From positions 62,261 to 126,260 of the IMG/VR virus record IMGVR_UViG_3300017971_000214: DNA of 64,000 nt; one strand, 5' to 3'. Shown piece after piece: positions 26,776-37,099 of the stretch. The notes beneath the pieces are model-generated. The model had not been told where the DNA came from. It did not search any database and worked only from the letters and a program-made list of their open reading frames with translations. Numbering within the stretch: the first letter of the stretch is position 1; every line of letters starts with the position of its first letter. This stretch comes from a virus. A program made the position numbers and the translations under genes.

Positions 26776-29700
26776 TGGACGAGATCTTCTTCGCGCGCCC
26801 CGCGGGACTGGCTCTGTGGGAGGACGCCGCAGGCGTCCTGCTCGAAAGCACCGGCTTCGTCAATGAGGTCAAGATCATCGGAGTCAAGACGGACGACTCC
26901 GGCAACAAGAAGATCTTGGTCTGGAAGAACTACAAGTCCGGCCCCAAGCCCGCGTGGATTTCGTCGAAGAACCTCCACAAGCACGCGAGCGACCTGATGG
27001 ACCCCCCAGAGGGGACCACGGATGAGTACCCCCCGGTGGGGGACATCTCCGACCCTGCGAGCTTCACCGGAAGCACCACCGACATCAAGCCCCTGCCAGG
27101 CAAGGAGACAGTTCCCGAGATGGGGGCCGACGTGTGGGTGCCTTCCGTTGCGCTGAAGAACCTTGCCAAGAAGGTCAAGGCCATGGGCCTGAAGCCTCAG
27201 GACACCTTCCAGAAGGCGGTTGCTGCCGGCGAGCCCATCCCGAAGGAGATCCCGAAGGCTGTCGGCCTGTCCGGGCTCCCCAAGGCGGACGAGCCCGCCA
27301 AGGCCCCTGAGACGCCTCCAGAGGCGCCGAAGGAGCCCGAGGCCCCCGAGCCCCCGGCAGAGCCAGAAGCGCCTCCAGAGGCCCCTGCGGAGCCCGCAAA
27401 GCCTGCTCTCGTGATGACTCCGGACGAGGTGGCGCAGGCCGCCAAGGCTGGGGACATCGACAAGTTGGATCAGAACGCTGAGAAGTTGGGGATCAAGGGG
27501 CGCGAGGAGCTGAAGAAGGCGGCCCTCGGCGCCCATGACTCGGGGGACTACGAGAAGGCGGCCAAGCTCGCTGGGGTGTTGGCGAAGGCATTCGAGAAGA
27601 CGAAGGGTGCTAGCCACGCGTTCACCAAGGCGTGGGCGGACAAGGCGCAGGAGTTTGCGAAGAAGGCGAGCGGGGAAGAGCCGGCGCCTCCAGAGCCCGA
27701 GAAGCCCAAGGCTGCGGAGCCTGGGGGGCCGATTGGGGACGATGCTATTCAGGCTGCGTCTGTTTCCGGTGATTGGAGCCAGGTCGTAGCGAGTGCCAAG
27801 GAGCTTACTCCAGAGCAGATCAATACCGTCACCAACGCGTTCAACGCCGCATCGGCTGGAGACGATCACAAGAAGGCCGCAAGCGTGGCCGAGGCCATGG
27901 CGGAGATCCAGCAGGCGCGTGGGGAGGATATTTCGGCCAAGTTCTGGAAGGAGGACGCCGAAGAGGCCAAGAAGCTCGCGGGCCTACCCGTCGAGATGTC
28001 GGTTCCTCAGGTCAAAGACGCTGTTGAGGCCGGAGACATCGCCACGCTGAAGCAGAACGCCACGAAGCTCGGGGCCGCGCGAAAGTTCGTGGCCGCTGAC
28101 ATGGAGTTCGCCATTCAGGACGGCAACTGGAGCAAGGCGTCCGAGCTGGCTTCGATTCTCTCGGACTCCTACAAGGAGCACGGCATTCCGAGCATGGTTG
28201 AGTCCTATGCTCAGGCCGCGGAGAGCTACAAGAAGAAGGCAGAGGATCAGGCGGCGGCGAAGGATGCGGTCAGCGACGTCCAGGTAGACGACGCCCTCAG
28301 CTCCGGCAACTACGATGCGATCGTGGATAACGCCACCAAGCTGACGCCTCACCAGAAGAGCAAGTTCTGCGGGCACGTGGCGGACATGATGGTCGCGGCC
28401 GAGAAGGACCCCACCGCGGAGAAGGCGCAGAAGGTGGCGGAGGGGTGTGGTGCGCTGAAGAAGACCTACGAGGCGCTGGGCGAGGACACCATGGCGGAAG
28501 CCATGGGGGTCGAAGCGGAGAAGTGGGAGACCAAAGCAAAGGAGGCGCAGCCTTCGCCGATGGACGACTCAGAGATCGATCAAGCGGTCTCTGACGGCAA
28601 CTACCAGAAGCTCATCAACAACGCCACGAAGCTGAGCGCGGACCAGATCGACAACGTAAAGGACGCGCACGAGAAGCTGTTCGATGTGGGCGAGTACGAA
28701 AAGGCGTCTGATCTAGCTAAGGCGATCTCTGAGGTAGAGACCCAGCTGAAGGATGACTACGCCGCCACGCAGTGGGCGAAGAAGGCCCAGCAGCTCGGAC
28801 CAGGATTCGCGCAGAACGAGTTGAGCAGCGCCATCGCTTCGGGGGACACCGAGGCGATCAAGAAAAACGCGGACTCGTTGGGGCTGGACGAGAAGTACCT
28901 CATCGCGAATGGAGCAGAGGAAGCGGCAGAAGCGGGCGAGTACGAGAAGGCGGCGAACCTTCTCACGGCTCTCGCGGAGGTTCAGGAGCAGAAGGGTGAG
29001 GAGAAGTCCGCGCAGAAGCTGAAGGCCAAGGCCAAGAACTTCCAGGCGCAGGCCGATCACGGGGAGGCGTTCTCCGAAGCGCTGGCGCAGGGCGACGCCG
29101 ACTACATGGTGGCTAACGCCGAGAAGTTGTCGGCGCAACAGCGCGGCACCCTCGGGGAAGCTCTCACGAAGCTGGAGTCCGACCAGGATTGGGGCAACGC
29201 CGCGAAGATCGCCGAGGCCATTGCCGAGTCGTACAAGCACGAGGACTCCCCCGCGGCCCCGTTCTGGGAGAACGAATCGAAGAAGTACGCCAAGCTCGCG
29301 GGGAAGGAAGTCTCTTCGCCCGTGCCAGAGCCGTTCAACGCTGCGGGGAATCTGACGCCTATGGCTGTTAACGCAGCCTTGGACAAGGGGGACTTGGACT
29401 TCCTAGCTGCGCACGCCGGCAAGTTGCAGGACAAGTCAGGAGTGCTGGAGGCATACACCGACGCGCAGTCTTTTGGGGACTGGGGGAAAGCCGCCAAGAT
29501 AGCTGGGGTCATGGTGGCGCACTATGAGTCCAAGCTCGCTGGAGAGGAGCTGCCCGAGTCGCTGGCGGACACGTACCAGGCGGTTTTGGGAAACTGGCAG
29601 GGCGAGCAGGCTTTCGCGGCGGAGAAGATGGGGAAGGAAGCTCCTCCATCGGCGAAGGCTGCTGCTGAAGCGCAGGGAGAGTCCGCCTACACCAAGTACG

Positions 29701-32700
29701 GCTACGTCAAGGCAGCCGTGGCGGACAAGGCTGCGCAGAACGGCGACTTCGACTTTCTGATGGAGAACGCCTCGAAGATGGGGAAGGCGTCTTTGGGGAA
29801 GGTGAGGGACGGGTTCGAGGTATCTCTGCACACAGGCAAGCCGGGCGATGCCGCCAAGTTCGCGGCGGTCATGGTGGCCCACTACCAGTTCAAGAAGAAC
29901 GGCAAGAAGGCTACGTACTGGAAGGAGATCCAAGACGAGTACGCAGCGGAAGCGGGAGGCGCAGAGGCGGGCGAGGTTCCTTCCAACGCTGACGTCGACA
30001 AGCTGGCGGAGCAGTACTCGGCCGCGCACAAGGCCAACGACTTCGTACAGGCTGCAAACGTCGCCAAGAAGCTGTCGGGAGCCCTAGCGGCCAAGGGCGA
30101 CGCGGCAGGAGCGGAGCTGTGGGGGAAGCTCTCGGACGATGTCGGCAAGAACGTGATCGCCTCGGCTGTTTCCCCTGACGCAGAGGAGTCGAAGAAGATC
30201 GGCGACGAGCTGTTCGATGCCTCTTTGTCCATCGGGAAGGTAACCGAACTGGCAGAGAAGGATCTGTCCGACTCTCAGGTGATGAAGCTGGAAGAGGTAT
30301 TCCAGCAGGCTTTGGAGGACGAGGACCACGGGAAGGCGGCGCAGGTTGCGGAGGCGCTATCTAAGATCCACAAGGACAAGGGCAATGAAGCGACGGCGGA
30401 GAAGTGGGCCGAGTCTGCGGCTTACCACAAGGATCTAGCGGAGAAGAAGCCGGAGGATCCGTACAAGCCCAAGGCCGCCGAGCCGGCCCCCACTCTGGAG
30501 GAGATGGAAGCGAGCGGCGTTCTGGTTCTTCCGTGGAACGCCAAGCCTGCGAAGGGTAAGGAGCACCCGACCGCGGCACAAGCCGCTTCAGCGCAGGGCA
30601 CCTTGGGCCTGGCGGTGGACGAGTTCGTGCATCCCGTGTCCAAGGAGGTGTGGAAGGTCGTGGGGATCATCGAGAATGAGTACATCGACCCCAACGACGG
30701 CATTGTCTACGACAAGAAGACCGGAAAGCCCATCAAGGGCAAGGGCAAGTTCAACATCGTGGAGACGGGGAAGTCTGTCGAAGGGGAGCCCGCAGAAGCC
30801 GCTCCTTCAGGCCCCACGGAAAACTTCCCCATGCCCGAGCCGGCCCCTCCGCCTGCCCCGCCTACGCCAGTTCCGTCTTCGGCTAAGGATGCTGTGGACG
30901 TCATCAAGGCGACGCCGCTACCGAAGGGTGTTCCGAGCCCCGAAGACCTCACGTTGGAGGGGAGCGCCAATCACCTTGGAGGCGCTGGAACGAAGTACAC
31001 GTACACGGACAAGGACGGGAACAAGTGGCTTCACAAGCATGCCTACGCCAAGGGCAGCAGCAGTGCGGCAAAGCCCTACGCCATGATGGCGCAGCAAGTG
31101 TGGTCCCAGGTAGCACTTCGCGCGCGCGGGGAGCATCTACCCATTGCGGCGATGGAGGTATCAGGCCCTGGTGGCAAGAAGGCCCTCGGTACGTTGCAGC
31201 CGCTGGTGGAACGAGACGCCAAGCAGCCTGACCTTCGCGGGGTGGATCCAAAGACGCTGTCCGACGAGGACCGTTCGACCATCGCCAAGGAGCATGTGCT
31301 CGACTGGCTGATGAGTCAGCACGACAGCCACGCGGCCAACTTCATCCGTCGAGCTGAGGATGGGAAGATCTTCTCGGTCGACAAGGAGCAGGGCTTTCGC
31401 TTCTTCGGCTCGGACAAGCTGAGCATCGACTACGCGCCGAACTCCGATCTCTACGGCGAGAACCCGCCCTTCTACAACAAGGTTTGGAGCGGCTGGGTCA
31501 AGGGTGACTACGACATGGACCCGAAGGGACTTCAGGAGACGGTCGAAAAGATCGATGCCATCCCCGTGAAGGAATACATCGATATGATGAAGCCCTACGC
31601 GGAGACCATGTGGCCGGGGAAGCCGGACAAGCAGCTTGAGTTCTTGAAGGCCGCGCGGCGCCGCAAGCTCGACATCCGGAAGGACTTCGAGAGGTTCTTC
31701 ACCGAGCTGTATCGGAAGAAGACCGGAGACGACGGCAATTTCACCTTCGACGCCGGATGGTCCGGAGACAAGCCGAGTGAAGAAGGACCCAAGGTCATCA
31801 AGCACACTGTCTCGGCCAAGGACTACATCAAGGTCTTTGCGTCCGAGCACGACACCACGATGAAGTGGGAGGAGTTCGACGACCCTCAGACAGGTAAGGA
31901 CCCCTCCAAGCTCACGGTGAAGGTAGCCAACAGCGACACCAACGGGCAGAAGAAGCTGGAGAAGATGCTGGCGAAGACGGGGGTGTCCCCTCTGAACACT
32001 ACGCCAGTCAAGGGCGGCTACTACACGATGCTCTTCGTGAACGCCGAGGAGTTCAACAACGCCACGGTGGACTACGAGGAGATCCAGCAGCCGGTCAAGC
32101 CGGGCGACATCGCTCCGACGCCCAAGACCCCCCGTTACTTCCCAGACGACTACGAGCACGCGGTGGCCTCTTCGAACACCGAAGAGATCAAGAACCTTCA
32201 GAACATCTCGACGGGACGTGGAGGGAAGCGCTACGAGTCGGATGGTACAGCGGTGGAGGGAAGTTCTCTGCGGGCACGCCGTTACGAGGACAAGAACGGA
32301 TCGTACTTCGGTTTCCAGTTCAAGCTGCGCCCGGAGATCTGGGAAGCTCTGCGGGACTCGGGGACTGGCGAGCCCTCCACGCTAAAGTTCAAGCAGTCGG
32401 AGTACATCGAGGCAAAGGACGCCTACGTCGAAACGGGCTCGACCATCGACACCGCCAATGCTCGACGTTGGGCGGTGGGATCCTCGGACATCCATTTGGT
32501 TCCTGGCAGTGAGGATAACAAGTCCTCCGACAAGTACTCCTACGTGGGCATGGTTCAGGCGAAGGTTCGCCCCAAGCCAGGACAGTCACCTTACGATGCG
32601 CTGGCGGAGTTGTTGGAGGAGATGAAGCCTGGGTTGGCGAAGGACGTGCTTCGGACCGCGACGCCCGAGGAGAAGGAGATCTGGAAGCTCAGCCAACTCC

Positions 32701-33509
32701 TGTGGGCGCGGGCACCGCAGATGGCAGACAAGCTGGAGGAGAAGGATCGGACCGTCAAGAACCTTCGCAAGAAGCTGAAGTCCAAGGGTGTGTCTCAGGA
32801 AGAGATCGAAAACACTGAGCTGCGTGAGGTGCTTCCGGGGTTTTCGACACATGTGGAGAAGGGTCGCTGGAAGAAGCTGCGCGAGAAGGGCGCACGTTTC
32901 GTTTTCCACGGCGCCGACCTGGGGTCGATCGTTTCCATCGTCCAGCGCGGGGCGCTGGGCATCAATGAGCGCAACGCGGCCGGCGTTCCCAAGACTGGCG
33001 TATCGTACAGCCAGGACGTGAAGACGGGTTCAGGCGATGGCGTGTTGGGTTACGTGGCGCACTCGGCCCAAGGCGGGAAGAGCCCTGGGTCCTACAGCTT
33101 CAGTAAGCAGGTTCAGGTCATCTTCGACCCGCGCGAGCTGGAACGCCTCGACGCCTACATGCATTACGGCGATTGCTACGGCACTTGCACGCCTTACAAC
33201 AACGGCACGAAGTCGGGGTCGGTGTGGAACAAGAGGCAGTCTTTGGAGAAGCGTGTAGAGGGGCTGGCTAGCCAGGGCAGCTCGCACGAGATCTCGTTCC
33301 GCCGAGGCATCTCTCCCACAAGCATCCTTCGGCTCAACGTAGCGAACGAGACGACGCGGAAGAAGGTCATCAAAGACCTTCGAGCTGCAGGCATCGAGGA
33401 AGTGAACGGGCTGCCGGTGGAAGATCTCGTCGTCGTGGGCGGCTCCAACGAGGAGATCTACAAGAAGTACGTCGAGCCCATGATGACGGAGAGGCGAAAT
33501 GCAGCCTAA
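26775..33509 (+). CDS. 2244-aa multidomain protein: about 11 helical repeats, PI3/4-kinase/HipA-like kinase, C-terminal ADP-ribosyltransferase-like domain
   Basis: kinase LGGAG, WLHK, DWLMSQHDSHAAN, SVDKEQGF; ART-like FVFHG..SIVSIVQRG and HEISF; ORF certain, domain calls by eye. Confidence 0.7.
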   Translation: MDEIFFARPAGLALWEDAAGVLLESTGFVNEVKIIGVKTDDSGNKKILVWKNYKSGPKPAWISSKNLHKHASDLMDPPEGTTDEYPPVGDISDPASFTGSTTDIKPLPGKETVPEMGADVWVPSVALKNLAKKVKAMGLKPQDTFQKAVAAGEPIPKEIPKAVGLSGLPKADEPAKAPETPPEAPKEPEAPEPPAEPEAPPEAPAEPAKPALVMTPDEVAQAAKAGDIDKLDQNAEKLGIKGREELKKAALGAHDSGDYEKAAKLAGVLAKAFEKTKGASHAFTKAWADKAQEFAKKASGEEPAPPEPEKPKAAEPGGPIGDDAIQAASVSGDWSQVVASAKELTPEQINTVTNAFNAASAGDDHKKAASVAEAMAEIQQARGEDISAKFWKEDAEEAKKLAGLPVEMSVPQVKDAVEAGDIATLKQNATKLGAARKFVAADMEFAIQDGNWSKASELASILSDSYKEHGIPSMVESYAQAAESYKKKAEDQAAAKDAVSDVQVDDALSSGNYDAIVDNATKLTPHQKSKFCGHVADMMVAAEKDPTAEKAQKVAEGCGALKKTYEALGEDTMAEAMGVEAEKWETKAKEAQPSPMDDSEIDQAVSDGNYQKLINNATKLSADQIDNVKDAHEKLFDVGEYEKASDLAKAISEVETQLKDDYAATQWAKKAQQLGPGFAQNELSSAIASGDTEAIKKNADSLGLDEKYLIANGAEEAAEAGEYEKAANLLTALAEVQEQKGEEKSAQKLKAKAKNFQAQADHGEAFSEALAQGDADYMVANAEKLSAQQRGTLGEALTKLESDQDWGNAAKIAEAIAESYKHEDSPAAPFWENESKKYAKLAGKEVSSPVPEPFNAAGNLTPMAVNAALDKGDLDFLAAHAGKLQDKSGVLEAYTDAQSFGDWGKAAKIAGVMVAHYESKLAGEELPESLADTYQAVLGNWQGEQAFAAEKMGKEAPPSAKAAAEAQGESAYTKYGYVKAAVADKAAQNGDFDFLMENASKMGKASLGKVRDGFEVSLHTGKPGDAAKFAAVMVAHYQFKKNGKKATYWKEIQDEYAAEAGGAEAGEVPSNADVDKLAEQYSAAHKANDFVQAANVAKKLSGALAAKGDAAGAELWGKLSDDVGKNVIASAVSPDAEESKKIGDELFDASLSIGKVTELAEKDLSDSQVMKLEEVFQQALEDEDHGKAAQVAEALSKIHKDKGNEATAEKWAESAAYHKDLAEKKPEDPYKPKAAEPAPTLEEMEASGVLVLPWNAKPAKGKEHPTAAQAASAQGTLGLAVDEFVHPVSKEVWKVVGIIENEYIDPNDGIVYDKKTGKPIKGKGKFNIVETGKSVEGEPAEAAPSGPTENFPMPEPAPPPAPPTPVPSSAKDAVDVIKATPLPKGVPSPEDLTLEGSANHLGGAGTKYTYTDKDGNKWLHKHAYAKGSSSAAKPYAMMAQQVWSQVALRARGEHLPIAAMEVSGPGGKKALGTLQPLVERDAKQPDLRGVDPKTLSDEDRSTIAKEHVLDWLMSQHDSHAANFIRRAEDGKIFSVDKEQGFRFFGSDKLSIDYAPNSDLYGENPPFYNKVWSGWVKGDYDMDPKGLQETVEKIDAIPVKEYIDMMKPYAETMWPGKPDKQLEFLKAARRRKLDIRKDFERFFTELYRKKTGDDGNFTFDAGWSGDKPSEEGPKVIKHTVSAKDYIKVFASEHDTTMKWEEFDDPQTGKDPSKLTVKVANSDTNGQKKLEKMLAKTGVSPLNTTPVKGGYYTMLFVNAEEFNNATVDYEEIQQPVKPGDIAPTPKTPRYFPDDYEHAVASSNTEEIKNLQNISTGRGGKRYESDGTAVEGSSLRARRYEDKNGSYFGFQFKLRPEIWEALRDSGTGEPSTLKFKQSEYIEAKDAYVETGSTIDTANARRWAVGSSDIHLVPGSEDNKSSDKYSYVGMVQAKVRPKPGQSPYDALAELLEEMKPGLAKDVLRTATPEEKEIWKLSQLLWARAPQMADKLEEKDRTVKNLRKKLKSKGVSQEEIENTELREVLPGFSTHVEKGRWKKLREKGARFVFHGADLGSIVSIVQRGALGINERNAAGVPKTGVSYSQDVKTGSGDGVLGYVAHSAQGGKSPGSYSFSKQVQVIFDPRELERLDAYMHYGDCYGTCTPYNNGTKSGSVWNKRQSLEKRVEGLASQGSSHEISFRRGISPTSILRLNVANETTRKKVIKDLRAAGIEEVNGLPVEDLVVVGGSNEEIYKKYVEPMMTERRNAA

Positions 33510-33927
33510 GTTCAGGTTCCGGGACGTCTACGTGGTTACCGCTCCTCCGGGGGACTACAACGGCATCGACATCGCCGTTGGGGTGCGGGTGGTGGAGGGC
33601 CACGTCAACCCCGGTACTAAGCAGAAGGAGAGGTCCATCGAGTGGCTAGCTGCGGACGGCAGCTTCCAGGGGGGCCACACTCTTTTCGGGGACGTGGTCA
33701 AGGCGGAGAACGACATCACCGAGGTGCAGGACACCAGCATCGAGGAAGGCGAAGTCTTTCGCTTCGAGCCTTTGACTATGAGCCTGTGGAAGAAGCTGCT
33801 AGATGGAGGGTTCATCCGAGCTTCGGATTCCCTGGCAGCTATTACGGATATAGGCATTCTGAAGAATGCGCTCATTCAAGACGTGTTGGAAGAGTGGTGG
33901 GTCGAAGAGCCCGAGGACGTCTGGTGA
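33499..33927 (+). CDS. hypothetical acidic protein overlapping the end of the giant gene
   Basis: GGAGAGG RBS; 11-nt overlap. Confidence 0.65.
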   Translation: MQPKFRFRDVYVVTAPPGDYNGIDIAVGVRVVEGHVNPGTKQKERSIEWLAADGSFQGGHTLFGDVVKAENDITEVQDTSIEEGEVFRFEPLTMSLWKKLLDGGFIRASDSLAAITDIGILKNALIQDVLEEWWVEEPEDVW

Positions 33928-33946
33928 TCGACAGATCTTCTTTCCC

Positions 33947-33975
33947 TTGACAATCGATCTCCTTGTTGCTAGGCT
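33947..33975 (+). promoter_or_regulatory. sigma70-type promoter
   Basis: TTGACA-N17-TAGGCT with TGn extension. Confidence 0.65.
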
Positions 33976-33984
33976 GGTGCCTAG

Positions 33985-34890
33985 ATGGAGGACGACCCCC
34001 TTGGCGATCGACCCCATCAGGTAGAGCTGCATGGAGAAGTGAGGCGTATGATTCGGACTTCGACGAAGAAGGTCGCTGTCCCTCTCGGCAAGGGGCTCTT
34101 TCGAGAGACCACCATCGAGATGGAGCAGCACTACCACGACAACACGAAGAAGCTCGTCAAGACGGAGGAGAAGAGCCGGACTGAGGGGAGGCTCCTTCGG
34201 GCGGCCGAGCAGAAAGAGAAGGCTTCCGTCCAGCTGATGGATGCCGACACCTTCGAGGTTCTTTCGTTGGTGGAGGCTACAGAGTCGCAGGCGGTTTCGG
34301 TTCAGGAGCAGCCGGCGGAAGAGCCGGCAGAGGAGCAACCCAAGGTTGCTTCACCTGCTCAGGAACCTTCGGCGGCTCAAGCCGCGGACGTAGGGAAAAG
34401 TGAAGAGGACGACATGGCAAAGGCAGTAGCAAAGAAGGGCGCGGCCAAAGCGAAGGCTGCGGCCAAGAAGAAGACCACAACCAAGGCCAAGGCGGCGCCG
34501 AAGAAGAAGGCGGCGCCGAAGAAGAAGGCGGCGCCGAAGAAGAAGGCGGCTTCGAAGAGCAACGGCAAGAAGGCCGCTCCGAAGAGCAACGGCGCTCCGA
34601 AGACCGCTCCTGCTAGCGGGCAGAGCGGACCGCCCATCGACATGAGCGAGAAGGCGCTCAACGCCAAGGAGCTGAAGATCTTGAGTGCTCTCTGCAACGG
34701 GCAGGGCACCATGACGATCAAGGAGCTGGCGTCGGCGTGCTTCAAGGGCAAAGCCAAGGCGCAGGCAAACAGCTGGGTGCGGAACTCGCTCCGGAGGCCG
34801 GCCCGAGCTGGGCTCATCGAGCAGGTCGAGCGCGGGACCTACAAGGCCACCGCGAAGGGCAAGAAGCACGCAGCTGACGCCAAGAAGTGA
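33985..34890 (+). CDS. histone H1-like protein with C-terminal winged HTH
   Basis: APKKKA tandem repeats; MTIKELA..WVRNSLRRP.RAGLIEQVERGTYKAT; alternative starts at 34048 and 34414. Confidence 0.7.
   Translation: MEDDPLGDRPHQVELHGEVRRMIRTSTKKVAVPLGKGLFRETTIEMEQHYHDNTKKLVKTEEKSRTEGRLLRAAEQKEKASVQLMDADTFEVLSLVEATESQAVSVQEQPAEEPAEEQPKVASPAQEPSAAQAADVGKSEEDDMAKAVAKKGAAKAKAAAKKKTTTKAKAAPKKKAAPKKKAAPKKKAASKSNGKKAAPKSNGAPKTAPASGQSGPPIDMSEKALNAKELKILSALCNGQGTMTIKELASACFKGKAKAQANSWVRNSLRRPARAGLIEQVERGTYKATAKGKKHAADAKK
34489..34550 (+). repeat. 18-bp coding tandem repeat (KAAPKK)
   Basis: AAGGCGGCGCCGAAGAAG about 3.5 copies. Confidence 0.8.
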
Positions 34891-36635
34891 CCCAGTACGA
34901 GGTAGTCCGCGACGCTGAGCGCCTAGGCCCCATCGCGAACGAGGTCGACAGCGCTCAGGTCGTAGGGCTAGACATCGAGACGACGCACCTGTCGCCTCTC
35001 CATGGCGATATTCGACTGGTACAGCTGAACACCGGTCAAGGTACGTATGTCGTTGACCTCTTTGAGACCGGAACACTTGGACCGGTAGCGGATGCTCTGG
35101 GGTCCCAGTCGTCCGTCAAGGTGGTCCAGAACGCGAAGTTCGAGCAGAAGTGGTTCCTTCACAAGCACGACGTGGAGCTGTGGCCGCTGTTCGACACGTT
35201 TCGCGCTAGCGCCCTCATTCACAACGGCAAGCACCTGGGGCACAACCTGTATGATCTCTACAACCGAGAGCTGCAGGTTGCGCCCGGTGTTGACGATCAG
35301 GGCGGGTCGGACTGGACCGGCTCCCTGACGCAGAAGCAGCTCGACTACGCTGCGGAGGACGTCACGTACCTCCACCCGCTGCGCGACAGCTTGAAGCCGC
35401 AGCTCGCGAAGGCGGGGTTGAACAAGATCGCCCTGCTGGAGTTCGGGGCCATCCTTCCCGAGTCCCGCATCGAGCTGAACGGTTTTCGCGTAGACAAGGA
35501 TCGATGGGTAGCTCTCGCGCGCAAGAACGAGGAGCGTGTCAAGGAGCTGCGGTTGAAGCTCGACCGCATGCTGCCCCACCCCAAGGGGCTCTTGTTTCTT
35601 CCGGGTATCGAGGTGGGGTTCAACCTCAACTCCCCGATGCAGGTGAAGGAGTCCTTCAAGAAGCTGGGTATCGACCTTCCGGACACTCGTGAGGATACGA
35701 TGGCGATGATCGCCACCAAGCACGAGGCGATCCCTCTATTCATGGAGTACCGCAAGGTCGCCAAGCTGCTGAGTGCCTTCGGTGCGGATTACCTGAAGCA
35801 TCTCGACCCCGAGACGGACCGGGTGCACACCGACTTCTGGCCGCTGACGGGGGCTGGACGGTATGCCTCGCGAGCGCCGAACCTCCAGCAGATTCCTCGG
35901 GTGTTCGAGTACCGGGACTGCTTCCGACCTGGGGATGGGAAGATCATCATCGTCTGTGACTACGGGCAAATCGAGCTGCGCATCGCGGCGCAGATCACCG
36001 GAGATCCGACGCTGCGCGGTATCTACCTGAAGGGTGAGGACGCGCATCGGCGCACCGCGAGCATCGTCTCGGGCGTGCCCATAGACAAGGTGACCAAGGC
36101 GCAGCGCCAGGCCGCGAAGCCCGTGAACTTCGGGCTCATCTACGGACTCGGTGCTGAGAGGTTGGTCGTCTACTCGATGTCGAACTACGGTGTGGCGATC
36201 ACGCTTCGGCAGGCGAAGCAGTTCATCAAGCGGTACTTCGACGGCTACCCACGCATTCGGTCTTGGCAGGACCGAGCACTGCGCGACGGCGAGCGTACCG
36301 CTACGGCTCGCACTCTATGGGGGCGCAGGCGTTTTTTGGATCCTAAAAAGGCCCGCAATGAATTTCTAAACACCCCGATCCAAGGGACTGGGGCAGATGG
36401 CCTGAAGCGCGCGTTGCGCAACGTCTACTTCGGTCTGAAGCAGTTCGAGGGCAGGGCGAAGATGATCCACATGGTGCACGACGAGATCGTAGTCGAGTGT
36501 GACGACGACCCCGAGCTGGTTCCGCAGGTCAAGCAGACCATCGAGCAATGCATGGTGGATGGCATCCAGCCAATGCTTCCTGACGTGCCGGTGGTAGCCG
36601 AAGCAGATATTGGAAGATCGTGGGCAGCGCATTAA
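34887..36635 (+). CDS. polA: family A DNA polymerase (3'-5' exonuclease plus polymerase, no 5' nuclease)
   Basis: DIETT, YAAEDV, PNLQQIPR, DYGQIELR, AKPVNFGLIYG, VHDE. Confidence 0.95.
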   Translation: MTQYEVVRDAERLGPIANEVDSAQVVGLDIETTHLSPLHGDIRLVQLNTGQGTYVVDLFETGTLGPVADALGSQSSVKVVQNAKFEQKWFLHKHDVELWPLFDTFRASALIHNGKHLGHNLYDLYNRELQVAPGVDDQGGSDWTGSLTQKQLDYAAEDVTYLHPLRDSLKPQLAKAGLNKIALLEFGAILPESRIELNGFRVDKDRWVALARKNEERVKELRLKLDRMLPHPKGLLFLPGIEVGFNLNSPMQVKESFKKLGIDLPDTREDTMAMIATKHEAIPLFMEYRKVAKLLSAFGADYLKHLDPETDRVHTDFWPLTGAGRYASRAPNLQQIPRVFEYRDCFRPGDGKIIIVCDYGQIELRIAAQITGDPTLRGIYLKGEDAHRRTASIVSGVPIDKVTKAQRQAAKPVNFGLIYGLGAERLVVYSMSNYGVAITLRQAKQFIKRYFDGYPRIRSWQDRALRDGERTATARTLWGRRRFLDPKKARNEFLNTPIQGTGADGLKRALRNVYFGLKQFEGRAKMIHMVHDEIVVECDDDPELVPQVKQTIEQCMVDGIQPMLPDVPVVAEADIGRSWAAH

Positions 36636-37099
36636 AGATCGGGGACAGGGTGGTCTGGCGCTCCGCTTCGTGGGGGCGTTGGGCGGAGAAGGTCGGCGTG
36701 GTGGTCTACGTGGGGCCTTCGGCTGACACCCCCGAGCAGCTTCCCGAGAATCCTGACTACTGGTTGAGCGAAGCTGTGCGTGATGACGTGCGCAATCGAG
36801 AGCCCTCCTACTGGGAGCTGTGTCGTCAGTACCCCTCCCCCGGACGGGAGGGAGGCTACTGTCTGCCTGCAGGGGCCGACCGCCCCCAGTGGACCAAGCG
36901 GTCCCGCTACAAGTTCGAGCGGTGCCACAACGGCATCATCGTGTCGGTGTACGAGCGCCGGCAGCTTCCTCACGGGGCCGTTCGGATCATTCCTCGCCGG
37001 CCGCTTTTCTACTCGCCTACCTTGGAGCCTTCCAAGAAGGACACCGGTCCGGTGCTGTGGTGCGACGGGGACCCCAGGCCCACGTTCGAGGTGCCATGA
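36620..37099 (+). CDS. hypothetical protein
   Basis: LKIGDRVVW SH3/KOW-like start; ATGA coupling to the next gene. Confidence 0.5.
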   Translation: MGSALKIGDRVVWRSASWGRWAEKVGVVVYVGPSADTPEQLPENPDYWLSEAVRDDVRNREPSYWELCRQYPSPGREGGYCLPAGADRPQWTKRSRYKFERCHNGIIVSVYERRQLPHGAVRIIPRRPLFYSPTLEPSKKDTGPVLWCDGDPRPTFEVP

